From the NCBI GenBank assembly GCA_963699545.1, contig CAVOUE010000005.1, forward strand, positions 384,001-448,000: 64,000 nucleotides of DNA. Reading direction: 5' to 3'. Source of the DNA: Nitrospirota bacterium (lineage in GTDB: Bacteria > Nitrospirota > Thermodesulfovibrionia > Thermodesulfovibrionales > UBA9159). Of the stretch, positions 1-10,984 are shown one piece after another; the first letter of the stretch is position 1; the number at the start of each line of letters is the position of its first letter. The notes under the pieces are model-generated. The model searched no databases and was not told where the DNA came from. It saw only the letters and a program-made list of their open reading frames with translations. A program made the position numbers and the translations under genes.

Positions 1-886
1 TATTGAAGTCATGGGCAATTCCCGCAGACAGAGTACCGATAGCCTCCATCTTCTGCGCGTGAAGGAGGGACGCCCTGTGCTCATCGAGTTCCTTTGTGAT
101 GGCGCTGGTCCTCTCCTGCAGTTTCCCTGTCATGGCGTTGAAATTATCGGCCAGGATGCCGAATTCGTCCTTCGAAGCCACCCTGATCGTGTGCGAAAGA
201 TCCCCCGCAGCCACCTTCCTGATCCCCTCTGTCAGCCGGGAAACCGGTGCAAGGACAATATGATGAACCACAAGGTAAAGGGGGATGGAGAGAAACAAAA
301 TGAAGACAAACCCGAAGGCACCTATGGCATATCCCTGCTTCCGGATATAGGCGTCCGCGGACTGAAGGGAGAAGGCGAATTCGATCCCGCCCAGTTCCCT
401 TTCCTCGCGTGAGTGGATGTGGCAGGATGCGGCATAGCACGAAGGGGCATTCAGGATCGGCTCGGTCATGACAACGGCCCTCCCGCCCTTTACCTCTCTC
501 ACGAAGCGGGAACGCCCATTCCCATCGCTCAGGGATTCACTCGCAAAAGCGTCAAAACCGCTCCGTATGGATGCGAAGCGTACAACACCGTGGGCATCCA
601 GGACCTTGATCCATAAAATATTCTCGGTGGTGGCCAGGGAATTTACTGTCTGCCCGACATAGTCCCTGCGATTGGTGAGCATTCCATAGTAGAGAGCCCT
701 CTTAATCACGTCCATCTGTGATTCGGCAAAGTTGATGTTCTTGTTGAGCTCTTCATACTGCATGTGCCGGATGGAGGGATACCAAAAAAGGAGGCTGACC
801 CCGAGAATGATCAGGACGCTCATGATAATGAGCTTCCCAGCGAGGGAAAGGAACGGTTGCCCCGTCGATGAGTTGTCTTCTGCCAT
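1..886 (-). CDS. Membrane sensor histidine kinase (N-terminal part; runs off the window start)
   Basis: Not in the ORF track. The minus strand reads from ATG at 886 (MAEDNSSTGQPFLSLAGKLIIMSVLIILGVSLLFW, TM helix), in frame with the HisKA H-box LLHAQKMEAIGTLSAGIAHDFN at the window edge. Confidence 0.85.
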   Translation of the reverse strand, partial: MAEDNSSTGQPFLSLAGKLIIMSVLIILGVSLLFWYPSIRHMQYEELNKNINFAESQMDVIKRALYYGMLTNRRDYVGQTVNSLATTENILWIKVLDAHGVVRFASIRSGFDAFASESLSDGNGRSRFVREVKGGRAVVMTEPILNAPSCYAASCHIHSREERELGGIEFAFSLQSADAYIRKQGYAIGAFGFVFILFLSIPLYLVVHHIVLAPVSRLTEGIRKVAAGDLSHTIRVASKDEFGILADNFNAMTGKLQERTSAITKELDEHRASLLHAQKMEAIGTLSAGIAHDFN

Positions 887-1118
887 TTTTAAGCGCTGCG
901 GCTTTCTTTCTCTATGTTGCTGGTTAATACCCTGCGGCAAAACCTCACGGTATCTTACCATAATGAATTACGCTTTGTTCTATCCGCTTGCGTCTGTTCC
1001 ATGGTCTGGTGAAAACAGTGAATTCTTTTGATGGTGGCGACGCAAGTTCCATGCCACTCTTCCCGACTCGATGCGTCCTGGTTGTCTATGATATAATTTT
1101 TTATATGGCTTTGGGAGG

Positions 1119-2057
1119 ATGACCGGTAAAATGAAATTGACCTCTGAGAAACGTCTCAGCGTAAGCCTCGGCCTGACCGTCCTGATACTGGTTGCCGAAG
1201 TGGTGGGTGGGATCCTGAGCAACAGTCTTGCCCTGTTGAGTGACGCAGGCCATGTGCTCACTGACGCGTTTGCCCTCGGGCTGAGCATGATAGCCTCGCG
1301 CATAAGCAGAAAGCCCTCCGACGAGAGGGCCACCTACGGTTACCAGAGGGTGGGCCTCTTGGCCGCAGTGGTCAACGGGTTGAGCCTCCTGGCGATAGCG
1401 GCTTTCATCTTCTATGAGTCGTATAAACGCTTCATGTCCCCTCCGCAGATCGACGTCTCCCTGATGCTGCTCATCGCCGGATTCGGCCTTGCAGGCAACG
1501 TGATCATGGCCCTCATCCTCGGCACGGAGCATGAAGACCTGAACATCAGGAGTGCATGGCTCCACGTCCTGGGGGATACCCTGTCCTCTTTGGGGGTGAT
1601 CGTATCAGGAGCGATCATCTACGCCACGAACTGGGTGTACGCAGACCCTGTTGCAGGCCTGGTCATCGGAATGATCATCGTTGCCGGGGGCATCCGGGTC
1701 GTGAAAGAGGCGGCCACCATATTCCTCGAAATGACACCTCAGGGCTTCGTGGTCGAAGAAATCGCCAAGAAGCTTTGCGACGTGCCGGAAGTTATGGGAG
1801 TCCATGATGTCCATCTCTGGTCCGTGGCCCACAAACGGATAGCTTTCTCCGCTCACATATGGGTGCACGACCAGAAATTGAGCGAGACGGAGAGCATAAG
1901 GCGGAAGATCGAGGGCATGCTCACGGACCTCGGGATTGGCCACATCATACTCCAATTCGAGTGCGGTGAGTGCGAAAACGGCGGCCTTTACTGTCAGATA
2001 CCGAAGAGATCTCATTACAGGAGCGATGTTACGCACCATCACCACGGAGAACACTAA
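1119..2057 (+). CDS. Cation diffusion facilitator (CzcD/ZitB-like Zn/Co/Cd exporter)
   Basis: [14 protein letters not shown] and AWLHVLGD metal-site motifs, VHDVHLW in the C-terminal domain, His-rich tail. Confidence 0.93.
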   Translation: MTGKMKLTSEKRLSVSLGLTVLILVAEVVGGILSNSLALLSDAGHVLTDAFALGLSMIASRISRKPSDERATYGYQRVGLLAAVVNGLSLLAIAAFIFYESYKRFMSPPQIDVSLMLLIAGFGLAGNVIMALILGTEHEDLNIRSAWLHVLGDTLSSLGVIVSGAIIYATNWVYADPVAGLVIGMIIVAGGIRVVKEAATIFLEMTPQGFVVEEIAKKLCDVPEVMGVHDVHLWSVAHKRIAFSAHIWVHDQKLSETESIRRKIEGMLTDLGIGHIILQFECGECENGGLYCQIPKRSHYRSDVTHHHHGEH

Positions 2058-2104
2058 CACACACTTCCTTGCAATTACAGTTAATTATTATTTATCATTA
2101 CGTT

Positions 2105-4726
2105 ATGATACAAGGGATACTAAGAAAGGTTTTCGGCACAAAGAACGAAAGGGAGATGAAGCGTCTGTGGCCCATGGTGGACAGGATCAACGCCTTGGAG
2201 CCCCGGATCTCTTCCCTCAGCGACGAACAGCTCAAGACAAAGACCCCCGAGTTCAGGAGCAGACTTGAAGAGGGAGAGACTGTGGATGACATCCTCCCGG
2301 AAGCATTTGCAGTGGTGAGAGAGGTCTCGAAGAGGACCCTGGGGATGAGGCACTTCGACGTTCAGCTCATCGGCGGAGTCGTCCTGCACGAAGGCAAGAT
2401 CTCGGAAATGAAGACGGGTGAGGGAAAAACTCTGGTGGCCACTCTCCCCGTTTATCTGAATGCCCTTTCCGGACAGGGTGTCCATGTGGTCACGGTCAAC
2501 GACTATCTGGCCAGAAGGGATGCCCGGTGGATGGAGCCGATTTACCGTTTCCTCGGCATGTCGGTCGGCATCATCGTCCACGGCCTCACCGACGAGGAGC
2601 GCCAGGCAGCCTATGGTGCGGATATCACCTACGGGACGAACAACGAGTTCGGTTTCGATTACCTCAGGGACAACATGAAATACGACCTCTCCCAGTACGT
2701 CCAGCGGGAGATGAATTTTGCGATTGTGGACGAGGTGGACAGCATCCTCATCGATGAGGCGAGGACCCCCCTTATCATCTCCGGCCCTTCGGAGGATTCC
2801 ACCGACAAATACTACACGATCGATAAGATCATTCCGAAGCTTAAGAAAGACCAGGATTATACCATCGACGAAAAGGCCAAGACCGCCATCCTCACAGAAG
2901 AAGGGAGTCTCAGGGTCGAGCACCTCCTCGGCACCACGAACCTCTATGACCCCGCGAACATCGAACTGGTGCATCATACGCTTCAGGCCCTGAAGGCGCA
3001 TGCCATCTTCAAAAGAGACGTCGATTACGTAGTGAAGGACGGAGAGGTCCTCATTGTGGACGAATTCACCGGAAGGCTTATGCCGGGCAGGAGATGGAGC
3101 GACGGCCTCCATCAGGCGGTTGAGGCAAAGGAGGGGGTCAAGATCGAGAGCGAAAACCAGACCCTTGCCACCATCACGTTCCAGAATTATTTCAGGATGT
3201 ACACCAAACTCGCCGGCATGACCGGAACCGCAGATACCGAGGCTGAGGAGTTCGCAAAGATCTATAACCTCGACGTACTTGTCATACCCACGAACAGGCC
3301 TCTGATCCGACCCGATTACCCCGACGTGATCTACAAGACCGAAAAGGCTAAATTCAATGCGGCGATACGGGAGATCGAGGAACTGTACCAGAAAGGGCAG
3401 CCCGTGCTCGTTGGAACGATATCCATAGAGAAGTCCGAGACCCTGAGTCATATGCTGAAGAAAAAGGGCATCCCCCACTCCGTGCTGAACGCGAAGTACC
3501 ACGAGCGGGAAGCAGAGATCATTGCCCAGGCAGGGAGAAGTAGCGCAGTGACCATTGCAACGAACATGGCCGGAAGAGGCACAGACATTGTCCTTGGCGG
3601 CAACCCCGAGGGCCTTGCCCGCGATCTCCTGAAGGAGAAGAAGGAGTTCGCCGAAGAAGAGTGGCAGCAGACGCTGGGTAAGGCAAAAGAGCTCTGCCAA
3701 CGGGACAGGGAAAAAGTTGTGTCCTGCGGCGGCCTCCATATCCTTGGCACAGAGAGGCACGAGGCAAGGAGAATCGACAACCAGCTGAGGGGCCGTTCAG
3801 GCAGGCAGGGTGACCCGGGGTCTTCCCGGTTCTATCTCTCCCTTGAGGATGACCTCATGAGGATCTTCGGCTCGGACAGGATATCGGGGTTAATGTCAAA
3901 ACTGGGCATGGAGGAGGATGTGCCCATAGAGAACAGAATGGTCTCAAAGGCGATCGAGAATGCCCAGAAAAAGGTGGAAGCCCACAATTTTGACATCAGG
4001 AAGCACCTCCTGGACTATGACGACATCATGAACAAGCAGCGTACCGAGATATACTCCTTCAGGAAAGAGATCCTCCAGGGAGAGGGACTGAAGGAGAAGA
4101 TCTTCCAGATGATAGACGACATCGTTGACGAAATCGCGTTCATATACTGCCCCGAGGAAAAGCACCCGGAAGAGTGGGACATGAAGGGGCTGAAGGCTGC
4201 CGTCTTCGGAATATTCTCCATCACAGTGGACAACGCCCCCACCGGTATCGATAGCCTGAGGGAATCCCTCTCCTCGGTCATAAAGTCCGCCTACGACAAG
4301 CGGGAATCTGACATAGGCAACGAGACCATGCACTACCTCGAAAAAGTGGTCTTCCTCCAGGTGCTGGATGCCCAGTGGAAGGATCATCTCCTTGGCATGG
4401 ATCACCTGAAAGAGGGGATCGGTCTCCGGGGATACGGCCAGAGAGACCCCCTCACTGAATACAAGAAAGAGGCCTTTGATATATTTGCCGACCTCACCGG
4501 CAGGATATCCATGGACACCGTGAGCCGCCTCTTCAAGGTCCAGATACGGGAAGAGGAGGGGGTCAAGAAGCAACAGGTGCAACTGAAACAGCCGGTGCGG
4601 TATAATCGGGGTGAGGGGTCTGAGACGAACCAGCCCGTCACGAAAGGCAGGAAGATTGGAAGGAATGATCCATGCCCGTGCGGAAGCGGCAAGAAATACA
4701 AGAAATGCTGTGGCGCGAATGCCTAA
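2105..4726 (+). CDS. secA: Preprotein translocase ATPase SecA
   Basis: [42 protein letters not shown] and C-terminal [22 protein letters not shown] at 2105 chosen. Confidence 0.99.
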   Translation: MIQGILRKVFGTKNEREMKRLWPMVDRINALEPRISSLSDEQLKTKTPEFRSRLEEGETVDDILPEAFAVVREVSKRTLGMRHFDVQLIGGVVLHEGKISEMKTGEGKTLVATLPVYLNALSGQGVHVVTVNDYLARRDARWMEPIYRFLGMSVGIIVHGLTDEERQAAYGADITYGTNNEFGFDYLRDNMKYDLSQYVQREMNFAIVDEVDSILIDEARTPLIISGPSEDSTDKYYTIDKIIPKLKKDQDYTIDEKAKTAILTEEGSLRVEHLLGTTNLYDPANIELVHHTLQALKAHAIFKRDVDYVVKDGEVLIVDEFTGRLMPGRRWSDGLHQAVEAKEGVKIESENQTLATITFQNYFRMYTKLAGMTGTADTEAEEFAKIYNLDVLVIPTNRPLIRPDYPDVIYKTEKAKFNAAIREIEELYQKGQPVLVGTISIEKSETLSHMLKKKGIPHSVLNAKYHEREAEIIAQAGRSSAVTIATNMAGRGTDIVLGGNPEGLARDLLKEKKEFAEEEWQQTLGKAKELCQRDREKVVSCGGLHILGTERHEARRIDNQLRGRSGRQGDPGSSRFYLSLEDDLMRIFGSDRISGLMSKLGMEEDVPIENRMVSKAIENAQKKVEAHNFDIRKHLLDYDDIMNKQRTEIYSFRKEILQGEGLKEKIFQMIDDIVDEIAFIYCPEEKHPEEWDMKGLKAAVFGIFSITVDNAPTGIDSLRESLSSVIKSAYDKRESDIGNETMHYLEKVVFLQVLDAQWKDHLLGMDHLKEGIGLRGYGQRDPLTEYKKEAFDIFADLTGRISMDTVSRLFKVQIREEEGVKKQQVQLKQPVRYNRGEGSETNQPVTKGRKIGRNDPCPCGSGKKYKKCCGANA

Positions 4727-6105
4727 GATACTTGTCATAGGGACAAGTCTTCTTGACAGGAGCTTCGAAGCTCTGTCCAGACACGGGGAAGCATCCAAAT
4801 TCAAATCTCTCGGCAGTGTGCATGTCAGGGCGGATGATCAGGTCGTTCTTCTCATCGTTGATAAGGACCAGCATAGGGAGCCGACCTTCAAAGATTTCGT
4901 AAGAACCTTCGCGGACGTGCCGAAGATCATCATATCCCATGATGATTCCTTCAGAGGCTTCGCCCGCTGGCTCAGGCTTCCCCTCACCTACCCGGTGCAT
5001 AATCCGGGCGAAAAGGAATTGGTCTTTCTCGCCGATCGTCTCGTGGCCGAACGGGACGTGCAATCTGAGAACAGGAAACTGAGGAATGACCTTTTTACCT
5101 CTCAGAGGGAGCTGGAATTCTTTGATGCGGTCGGGAGGGTCCTTACCTCGGACATGGAGCTTGATAACATGCTGGTCGTCATTATGAAAAGGACCAGGGA
5201 TATGATCAGTGCCTCGTCGTGGTCCATTTACCTCCTGGATGAAGAGACAGGAGACTTCGTGCTCGAAAAGACGGACGGAAGGAAGAAGAAAGACAAGGCC
5301 CTCAAATTGAGGTTGAAGCCGGGGGAGGGAATTACGGGCTGGGTGATCCAGGAAGGAATTCCCCTCATAGTTCCGGACGTTCTCCCGCGATGCACGGTTT
5401 GCAGGCTCAGCCCGCAGCCCTCGAAAGGCGATATCACTCATCTGTGTCCCGATTAAGAACAAGGAGCGCGTTATCGGTGTCATGGAATTTGCGGACAAGA
5501 CCACCGGCAGCCCCTTCACCAGGGATGACCTTAACCTCCTTCTGAAGATCGTGGATTATGCCGCCATTTCCATAGAAAGGGTCTCCTTGTACCATAAGAT
5601 GGCCGAACTGGCCATCACTGATGACCTCACCAAGCTCTTCAATTCCCGGTATCTGAACAGGACCATCGAGGTCGAGATCCACCGCTGTGAGCGTTCGCGC
5701 ACGTCGGTCTCTCTTATCTTCATGGATATCGATTATTTCAAGAATGTCAATGACCATTACGGTCATCTGGTGGGGAGCAAGGTCCTTGTGGAAGTGGGAC
5801 AGCTTCTCATCAAGAGCCTACGCTCCATCGACATTGTGGCGCGCTACGGAGGGGACGAATTTGTGGTGGTCCTTCCCCAGACCTCGCCGGATGTGGCGAC
5901 AAAGGTGGCCGAAAGGATACGAAAATCCATCGAACAGAACGTCTTCCTGAAGAAGGAGGGCTACGCCATCAGGATAACCGCCAGCTTCGGTGTCGCCTCC
6001 TATCCCGAGAGCGCAAAATCGAAAGAGGAGCTCCTAAAACTGGCTGACGAAGCGATGTACAGGGTGAAGAACTATACTAAGAACGGGGTTTATGCAATCA
6101 TGTAG
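4719..6105 (+). CDS. GAF-domain diguanylate cyclase (GGDEF); split by one apparent frameshift near 5380
   Basis: ORFs 4719-5456 (GAF) and 5482-6105 (RYGGDEF) join if one T is removed at about 5380, giving ...[39 protein letters not shown]... Confidence 0.88.
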
Positions 6106-6134
6106 AGCTCTCAACAGGTTACCTCTTTCCCGAC

Positions 6135-6818
6135 CTAATGACAATTCCCCTGACAATCACACGTCAGTTCACCCTTTGATTTCTCAAATGCTTCTCTCCC
6201 CTCCCTGCAAGCAAGGCCAGCTATCCCAATTGCACCTATGGAATCCAGCATACCGATACTGGTAACCTCATAGCCGACACTTGAGATAAGAAGCACAACA
6301 GAAAGATACACACACGCCTTTGAGCAATTTGCATCCGCCAGGAGTGCCTGAGAATTATACAGTCTGCCAATTTTGACTTTGTAATGAACAAGAATCCACA
6401 TACAGAGGATTGACACGACGGACACAACAATACCCCATAAGGTGGTTTCAGGTCTATATTCCTGATAGATGTTTATCGCAGAAGTGACGACCAATCCGAC
6501 AGCCAGGACATAAAATGCTCCTCCTGTAATCTGGAGTGCCCTCTTTTCAAAGATGTCATGATTAGTACTGTCATCTTGTTTCATGCGCTTGATCATGTGC
6601 CATATCCCAATGCCTGAGACTACTTCAACATAAGAATCCAGCCCAAAACCGAATAGTGCGACAGTCCCATCCTGAAGCCCAAAGAATACAGAAACACAGC
6701 CCTCAATTACGTTGTAAAAGATTGTTACAAGGGCAAGGGCTGATGCCCATTTGTAAAATGGTTTCCTCTCGTTAAGAGACTGAGGTATGAGTATTTGCAT
6801 CGTTCTATAATAGCCCAA
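6135..6818 (-). CDS. CDF-related cation transporter (TMEM163-like); start uncertain
   Basis: About six hydrophobic segments with YNVIEG, ALFGFGLDSYVEVVSG and ALLADA motifs; Cys-rich tail. Confidence 0.75.
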   Translation of the reverse strand: MGYYRTMQILIPQSLNERKPFYKWASALALVTIFYNVIEGCVSVFFGLQDGTVALFGFGLDSYVEVVSGIGIWHMIKRMKQDDSTNHDIFEKRALQITGGAFYVLAVGLVVTSAINIYQEYRPETTLWGIVVSVVSILCMWILVHYKVKIGRLYNSQALLADANCSKACVYLSVVLLISSVGYEVTSIGMLDSIGAIGIAGLACREGREAFEKSKGELTCDCQGNCH

Positions 6819-6988
6819 AACTCCATGAGTTTCCTCATGTCCTGAATAAACCGCTGGTTCCCCTTCTCAGCAAATCCCCTGCCTGACATCAGCAAAAACC
6901 CTGTAGGACATTACATCCGAATCGGCTGCTACTACTTTCACTTGACCATTTATACCATCTCGTCTTAGAATGAAGAAAAGGGGGCACT

Positions 6989-7318
6989 ATGAAAAAGCTC
7001 TTCCTTGCTTCGATGGCGTTGTTTTCACTCTTTGCATGGACCATCGCTTATGCCCAAGAGCCATGGCGAGAGTATTGGATGAGACCCTGGATGATGAATT
7101 GGGGATTTGGATTGTGGTGGTTTATGCCTTTTGTCATGATCGCTTTCTGGATTGCTGTAATAATAGGAATAATTTCTCTTATCCGATGGCTCGCGAGGTC
7201 TGAAAGAGGCAGAGAGATAAAGTCAGGGGAGACAGCACTTGATATTCTAAAGAAGAGATATGCTAAAGGGGAGATAAGCAGAGAAGATTTTGAAACGATG
7301 AAGAAGGATATTTCATAA
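6989..7318 (+). CDS. SHOCT-domain small membrane protein
   Basis: Signal peptide, Met/Trp-rich segment, TM helix, C-terminal ALDILKKRYAKGEISREDFETMKKDI. Confidence 0.85.
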   Translation: MKKLFLASMALFSLFAWTIAYAQEPWREYWMRPWMMNWGFGLWWFMPFVMIAFWIAVIIGIISLIRWLARSERGREIKSGETALDILKKRYAKGEISREDFETMKKDIS

Positions 7319-7339
7319 GGTTTGACGAACGGAGGATTT

Positions 7340-8083
7340 ATGACTGAAAAGATAGACGTTGAAGGAATTCAGGATGCCGTGCGCAAGAAGTATGCAGAGG
7401 TCTCAAGCACGGCTGAAGGTAAACTTAACTATCCCACAGGAAGGGATGGTGCAATCTTGCAGGGTTATGACCCCCAAGTCATTCAGAGTGTGCCAGATGA
7501 ATTGATACAGTCATTCTGTGGTGTGGGAAATCCCTTTATTCTGGGACCAATCAGTTCGGGAGAAACAATACTTGATGTGGGCTGCGGTGCGGGATTTGAC
7601 CTCATTGTTGCAAGTCGCATGGTTGGGCAAAATGGCAAGGTATGTGGCATTGACCTTACGCCGGAAATGGCCGACAAAGCAAGAAATAATCTAAAACAAT
7701 ATGGAGTTCAAAATTATGATGTTCGGGTAGCGGGAGCTGAGTCCATTCCGTATCCCGACAGCAGCTTTGATGCAGCAATCTCAAACGGAGTGTTGAACCT
7801 TTCACCCTTAAAAGAAAGGAGCTTCAGAGAGATATACCGGGTCCTCAGGCCGAATGGTCGCCTCCAGTTCGCAGATATCGTTCAAAAGGAAGACTGTGGT
7901 GCGATGTGCAGCACCCTTGAAGCATGGTCAAATTGAATTGCGGGCGCGATCTCAGTTGGAGATCTGATAGACCTGATGAAGGGCATAGGTTTTGTTAAGG
8001 TGGAATATGTGGGCGAGACAAAGGTGTCGACTTCGCAATTTACCGTGGGGGGCTTATTTAGGGCAGTCAAGGTGAACAGTTGA
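7340..8083 (+). CDS. ArsM/AS3MT-like SAM-dependent methyltransferase, probable selenoprotein (UGA at 7934-7936)
   Basis: GGAGG RBS before ATG 7340; SFCGVGNP, ILDVGCGAGFD, ISNGVLNL, VLRPNGRL motifs. The frame continues past TGA as WSN-U-IAGAISVGDLIDLMKGIGF...VNS* (48 more residues), matching the ArsM W-x-x-C-I-A-G-A motif. Confidence 0.85.
7948..7964 (+). promoter_or_regulatory. Candidate bacterial SECIS hairpin
   Basis: GATCTC-AGTTG-GAGATC: perfect 6-bp stem starting 11 nt after the UGA, with a GU in the loop. Confidence 0.7.
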
Positions 8084-8310
8084 TGCGTTCAGGAATAGGA
8101 CAATAAAGAAACCTCTCATCAGGACGCTCCTTTTTTCTCCCTTTTCGCAGTTTCACAGAAGAAAGCATGGGACTGAAATGACAAAATTCGTCATAGCGTA
8201 TAAAAGTTGCATACCTTCGTGACAAGTATTACTCTATACTTGTCTGCGCAGCTGGAACGGAATGTTAAGGAACTACTTTCGGAAAAATGGTGTTTGTGCT
8301 ATAATTTGAC

Positions 8311-9405
8311 GTGGCTTTTTTCAATTACGTTACAAAAGAAATTACGCTGAAGGTTGTCTATTACGGCCCCGGTCTGAGTGGCAAGACCACCAATCTGCAG
8401 CACCTCTATTCCGTTCTGGATGCCTCATCCAGAGGGAAATTCATCTCCCTTGCCACAGAGTCTGACAGGACCCTCTTTTTCGATTTTCTCCCTGTGGAAC
8501 TCGGCAAGATAAAGGACTTTTCCGTGAGGTTCCAGCTCTACACGGTTCCCGGGCAGATACGCTACAACGCCACGAGAAAGCTTGTCCTGAAGGGTGCGGA
8601 TGCCGTGGTGTTCGTGGCGGATTCCCAGAGGGACATGAGGGAGCAGAATCTTGAGAGCTTCGCGAATATGAGAGAGAACCTCGTTGCCAATGGTCTGAAC
8701 CCCGACGAGATCCCTGTTGTCTTGCAGTGTAACAAACGTGATCTTCCGAACATCCTTTCAGTGGAGGAGATCAGCAGCGACCTGAACAGGAATAATTACC
8801 CGACTCTGGAGGCGGTGGCCTCTCAGGGCGCTGGGGTTCAGGAGACCTTCCGCCTGGTCACATCGAATCTTCTCAAGGACATTGCGAGAAAGCATAAGGT
8901 GGACATATCTTCAGCGAAAGAAGAAGCGATCACGGTGAAGGTCCCGGAAAAAGAGACGTTCGCCCTTGCCGGGGAAGTGCTGCCTCCGAAGGCCTTGCCG
9001 GTGGATGCAGGAGCCCATCAAATGAGGGTGCCGCCCAAAGAGGAAGTTTCGCCGTTTGCTGCGGCGCCGCAGGCAGCTGCACCTCCACGGACGCCGTTCA
9101 CTCCACAGGAGAGGGAGTCACCTCGCACAGCGGTCAGGGAGGCGGAAGAAAAGCCTCTCCGTGCCCGTCCGGTTCCTGCGAGGGCCGTCCCGTATCCTGA
9201 TGAAAAGATGACTTCTGTCCTGTCCCTGCTCAGAGAGATGAATCATTCCCTTGCCGGGTTACGGGAGGCCGTATCCGTGCTCTCCAGAGAGGTCAGGGAA
9301 ACCGGAAAACAACAGGCGGACATGATGAAGACGCTCAGGGAGGTTAGCATCTCTGTGGCCCAGAAGAAGAAGGGCAGCTGGTGGTCCCGTCTTTTTTCCC
9401 GCTGA
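8311..9405 (+). CDS. MglA-family small GTPase with Pro/Ala-rich linker and C-terminal coiled coil
   Basis: KVVYYGPGLSGKTTNL, DRTLFFDFLP, LYTVPGQ, NKRDL. Confidence 0.9.
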   Translation: MAFFNYVTKEITLKVVYYGPGLSGKTTNLQHLYSVLDASSRGKFISLATESDRTLFFDFLPVELGKIKDFSVRFQLYTVPGQIRYNATRKLVLKGADAVVFVADSQRDMREQNLESFANMRENLVANGLNPDEIPVVLQCNKRDLPNILSVEEISSDLNRNNYPTLEAVASQGAGVQETFRLVTSNLLKDIARKHKVDISSAKEEAITVKVPEKETFALAGEVLPPKALPVDAGAHQMRVPPKEEVSPFAAAPQAAAPPRTPFTPQERESPRTAVREAEEKPLRARPVPARAVPYPDEKMTSVLSLLREMNHSLAGLREAVSVLSREVRETGKQQADMMKTLREVSISVAQKKKGSWWSRLFSR

Positions 9406-9474
9406 TCTCTGCACGTGCTTGAAAATTCCTGTCCACACCTGTCAGAATAATTAGCTTATGCTTCGGAGAGTGCA

Positions 9475-10238
9475 ATGAACGCTAGGGCGCTGGTGAGTGA
9501 ACTTCAGGACTTCTATCTCCTTTCCTTTCGCGGCCTCATGGGGCTGCTGGGGAAACCCTTCTACCTGCGCGATACTATTGAACAGATGGACTATGCGGGT
9601 GCAGGTTCGTTCTTTATCATAATCCTCGTATCCCTCTTTGTGGGGATGGCCCTTTCCCTCCAGCTGGCAGCCGAGCTTTCGGTGCTCGGCCTGAAGATGT
9701 ATACCGGAAAGGTCGTGGGTATTTCGATCGTCCGTGAGATAGGCCCTGTTGCCGCGGCCCTTGTCTTTACCGGACGGGTCGGTTCAGGAATGGCGTCCGA
9801 GCTGGGATCCATGGTGCTCGGACATCAGGTGGATACGCTCAGGGTCTTCGGCGTTGACCCCGTAAAAAAGCTCGTCACCCCGAGGATAGTCAGCGCCCTT
9901 GTTATGCTGCCCGCGCTCACCCTTATTGGAGACGCCGCTTCCCTTATCGGGGGGTATTACATCGCGGTGTTCGTCAGCCACCAGAGCGGTAATGTCTACT
10001 GGAGCTCCATCAGGGAAGTTCTGAATTTTGAGAATGTCTTTCCGGCTCGGTGAAGCCTTTTATCTTCGGCTTTCTCATTTCATCCATCAGCTGTTACATG
10101 GGACTTTCCGCGAAGGGCGGCGCCATCGGTCTCAGGGGGGCGACTACGAGGGCGGTGGTGCTCTCCATCATCATGATCATCGTCGCCGATTTTATCCTCA
10201 CAAGGATATTGCTTTATGCCCTGGGGTTCAGCGTATGA
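9475..10238 (+). CDS. mlaE: MlaE-family ABC permease; apparent frameshift near 10040
   Basis: VREIGPV...GRVGSGMASELGSM. The C-terminus (KPFIFGFLIS...GATTRAVV) is in the adjacent frame; adding one T to the T-run restores it. Confidence 0.9.
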
Positions 10239-10984
10239 TCAGCTTTGACGGAGTCAGTTTCTCGTACGGTTCACGGTCCATCCTGAGTGACCTTCATTTC
10301 TCCATCGGGGCCGATGAAAGGGTGGCAGTGCTGGGAGGAAGCGGAGAAGGCAAAACGACCATTCTGAAACTTATTATGGGCCTCATTCGACCTGACTCGG
10401 GGAAAATATTCATAGACGGCGAAGATATCACCGGCAAGACGGAAAAAGGACTGCGGGACGTGCGGATGAAATTCAGCATCGTCTTCCAGGAAGGGGCCCT
10501 GTTCGATTCTCTGAATGTGAAAGAGAATGTGGCCTTCTGTCTCAGAGAATACACCAACATGTCGGATGAAGAGATCGACCGGAAGGTGCGGGACCTTCTC
10601 CGGAGGGTGGACGTCGAACAGGCAATGGAACTCATGCCCGAAGAGCTGAGCGGAGGGATGCACCGGAGGGTCGCTATCGCCCGGTCCCTGGCCGCTTTCG
10701 AACCGATGATGTTCCTTTACGACGAGCCGACAAGCGGCCTTGATCCGGTGAACGCCGACAACATATGCAAACTTATCCTCGACCTCTCCCGGAACGGAAA
10801 GGGTTTCATCATCGTCACCCACAAGGTCTTTGACGCGTTGAAGGTTGCCGGCAGGTTCCTGTTCCTGCAGGACGGGAAGATGCTCTTTGACGGGGACAGG
10901 GAACAGCTTCTCCATTCCCCCATTCCCGAGATTCAGACATTCATTAGCGAGTTGCAGCATAAAGAGGAGGGAAAACATGTTTGA
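10235..10984 (+). CDS. mlaF: MlaF-family ABC ATPase
   Basis: Walker A GGSGEGKT, VFQEGALFDSL, LSGGM, YDEPTSGLDP; ATGA overlap with mlaE. Confidence 0.92.
   Translation: MISFDGVSFSYGSRSILSDLHFSIGADERVAVLGGSGEGKTTILKLIMGLIRPDSGKIFIDGEDITGKTEKGLRDVRMKFSIVFQEGALFDSLNVKENVAFCLREYTNMSDEEIDRKVRDLLRRVDVEQAMELMPEELSGGMHRRVAIARSLAAFEPMMFLYDEPTSGLDPVNADNICKLILDLSRNGKGFIIVTHKVFDALKVAGRFLFLQDGKMLFDGDREQLLHSPIPEIQTFISELQHKEEGKHV

Noticed and set aside
2069-2104. AT-rich Fur-box-like stretch between the CDF gene and secA
   Set aside because: Only a partial match; equally explained as the secA promoter region.
2120-3760. Long antisense ORFs (e.g. 2120-3760, 3944-4804, 32120-33067, 60937-62124)
   Set aside because: They are shadows on the strand opposite well-supported genes and carry no motifs of their own.
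8178-8194. ATGAC-N7-GTCAT palindrome resembling a CusR/CopR box
   Set aside because: Short, spacing differs from the box I recall, and no cognate regulator or clear target is nearby.
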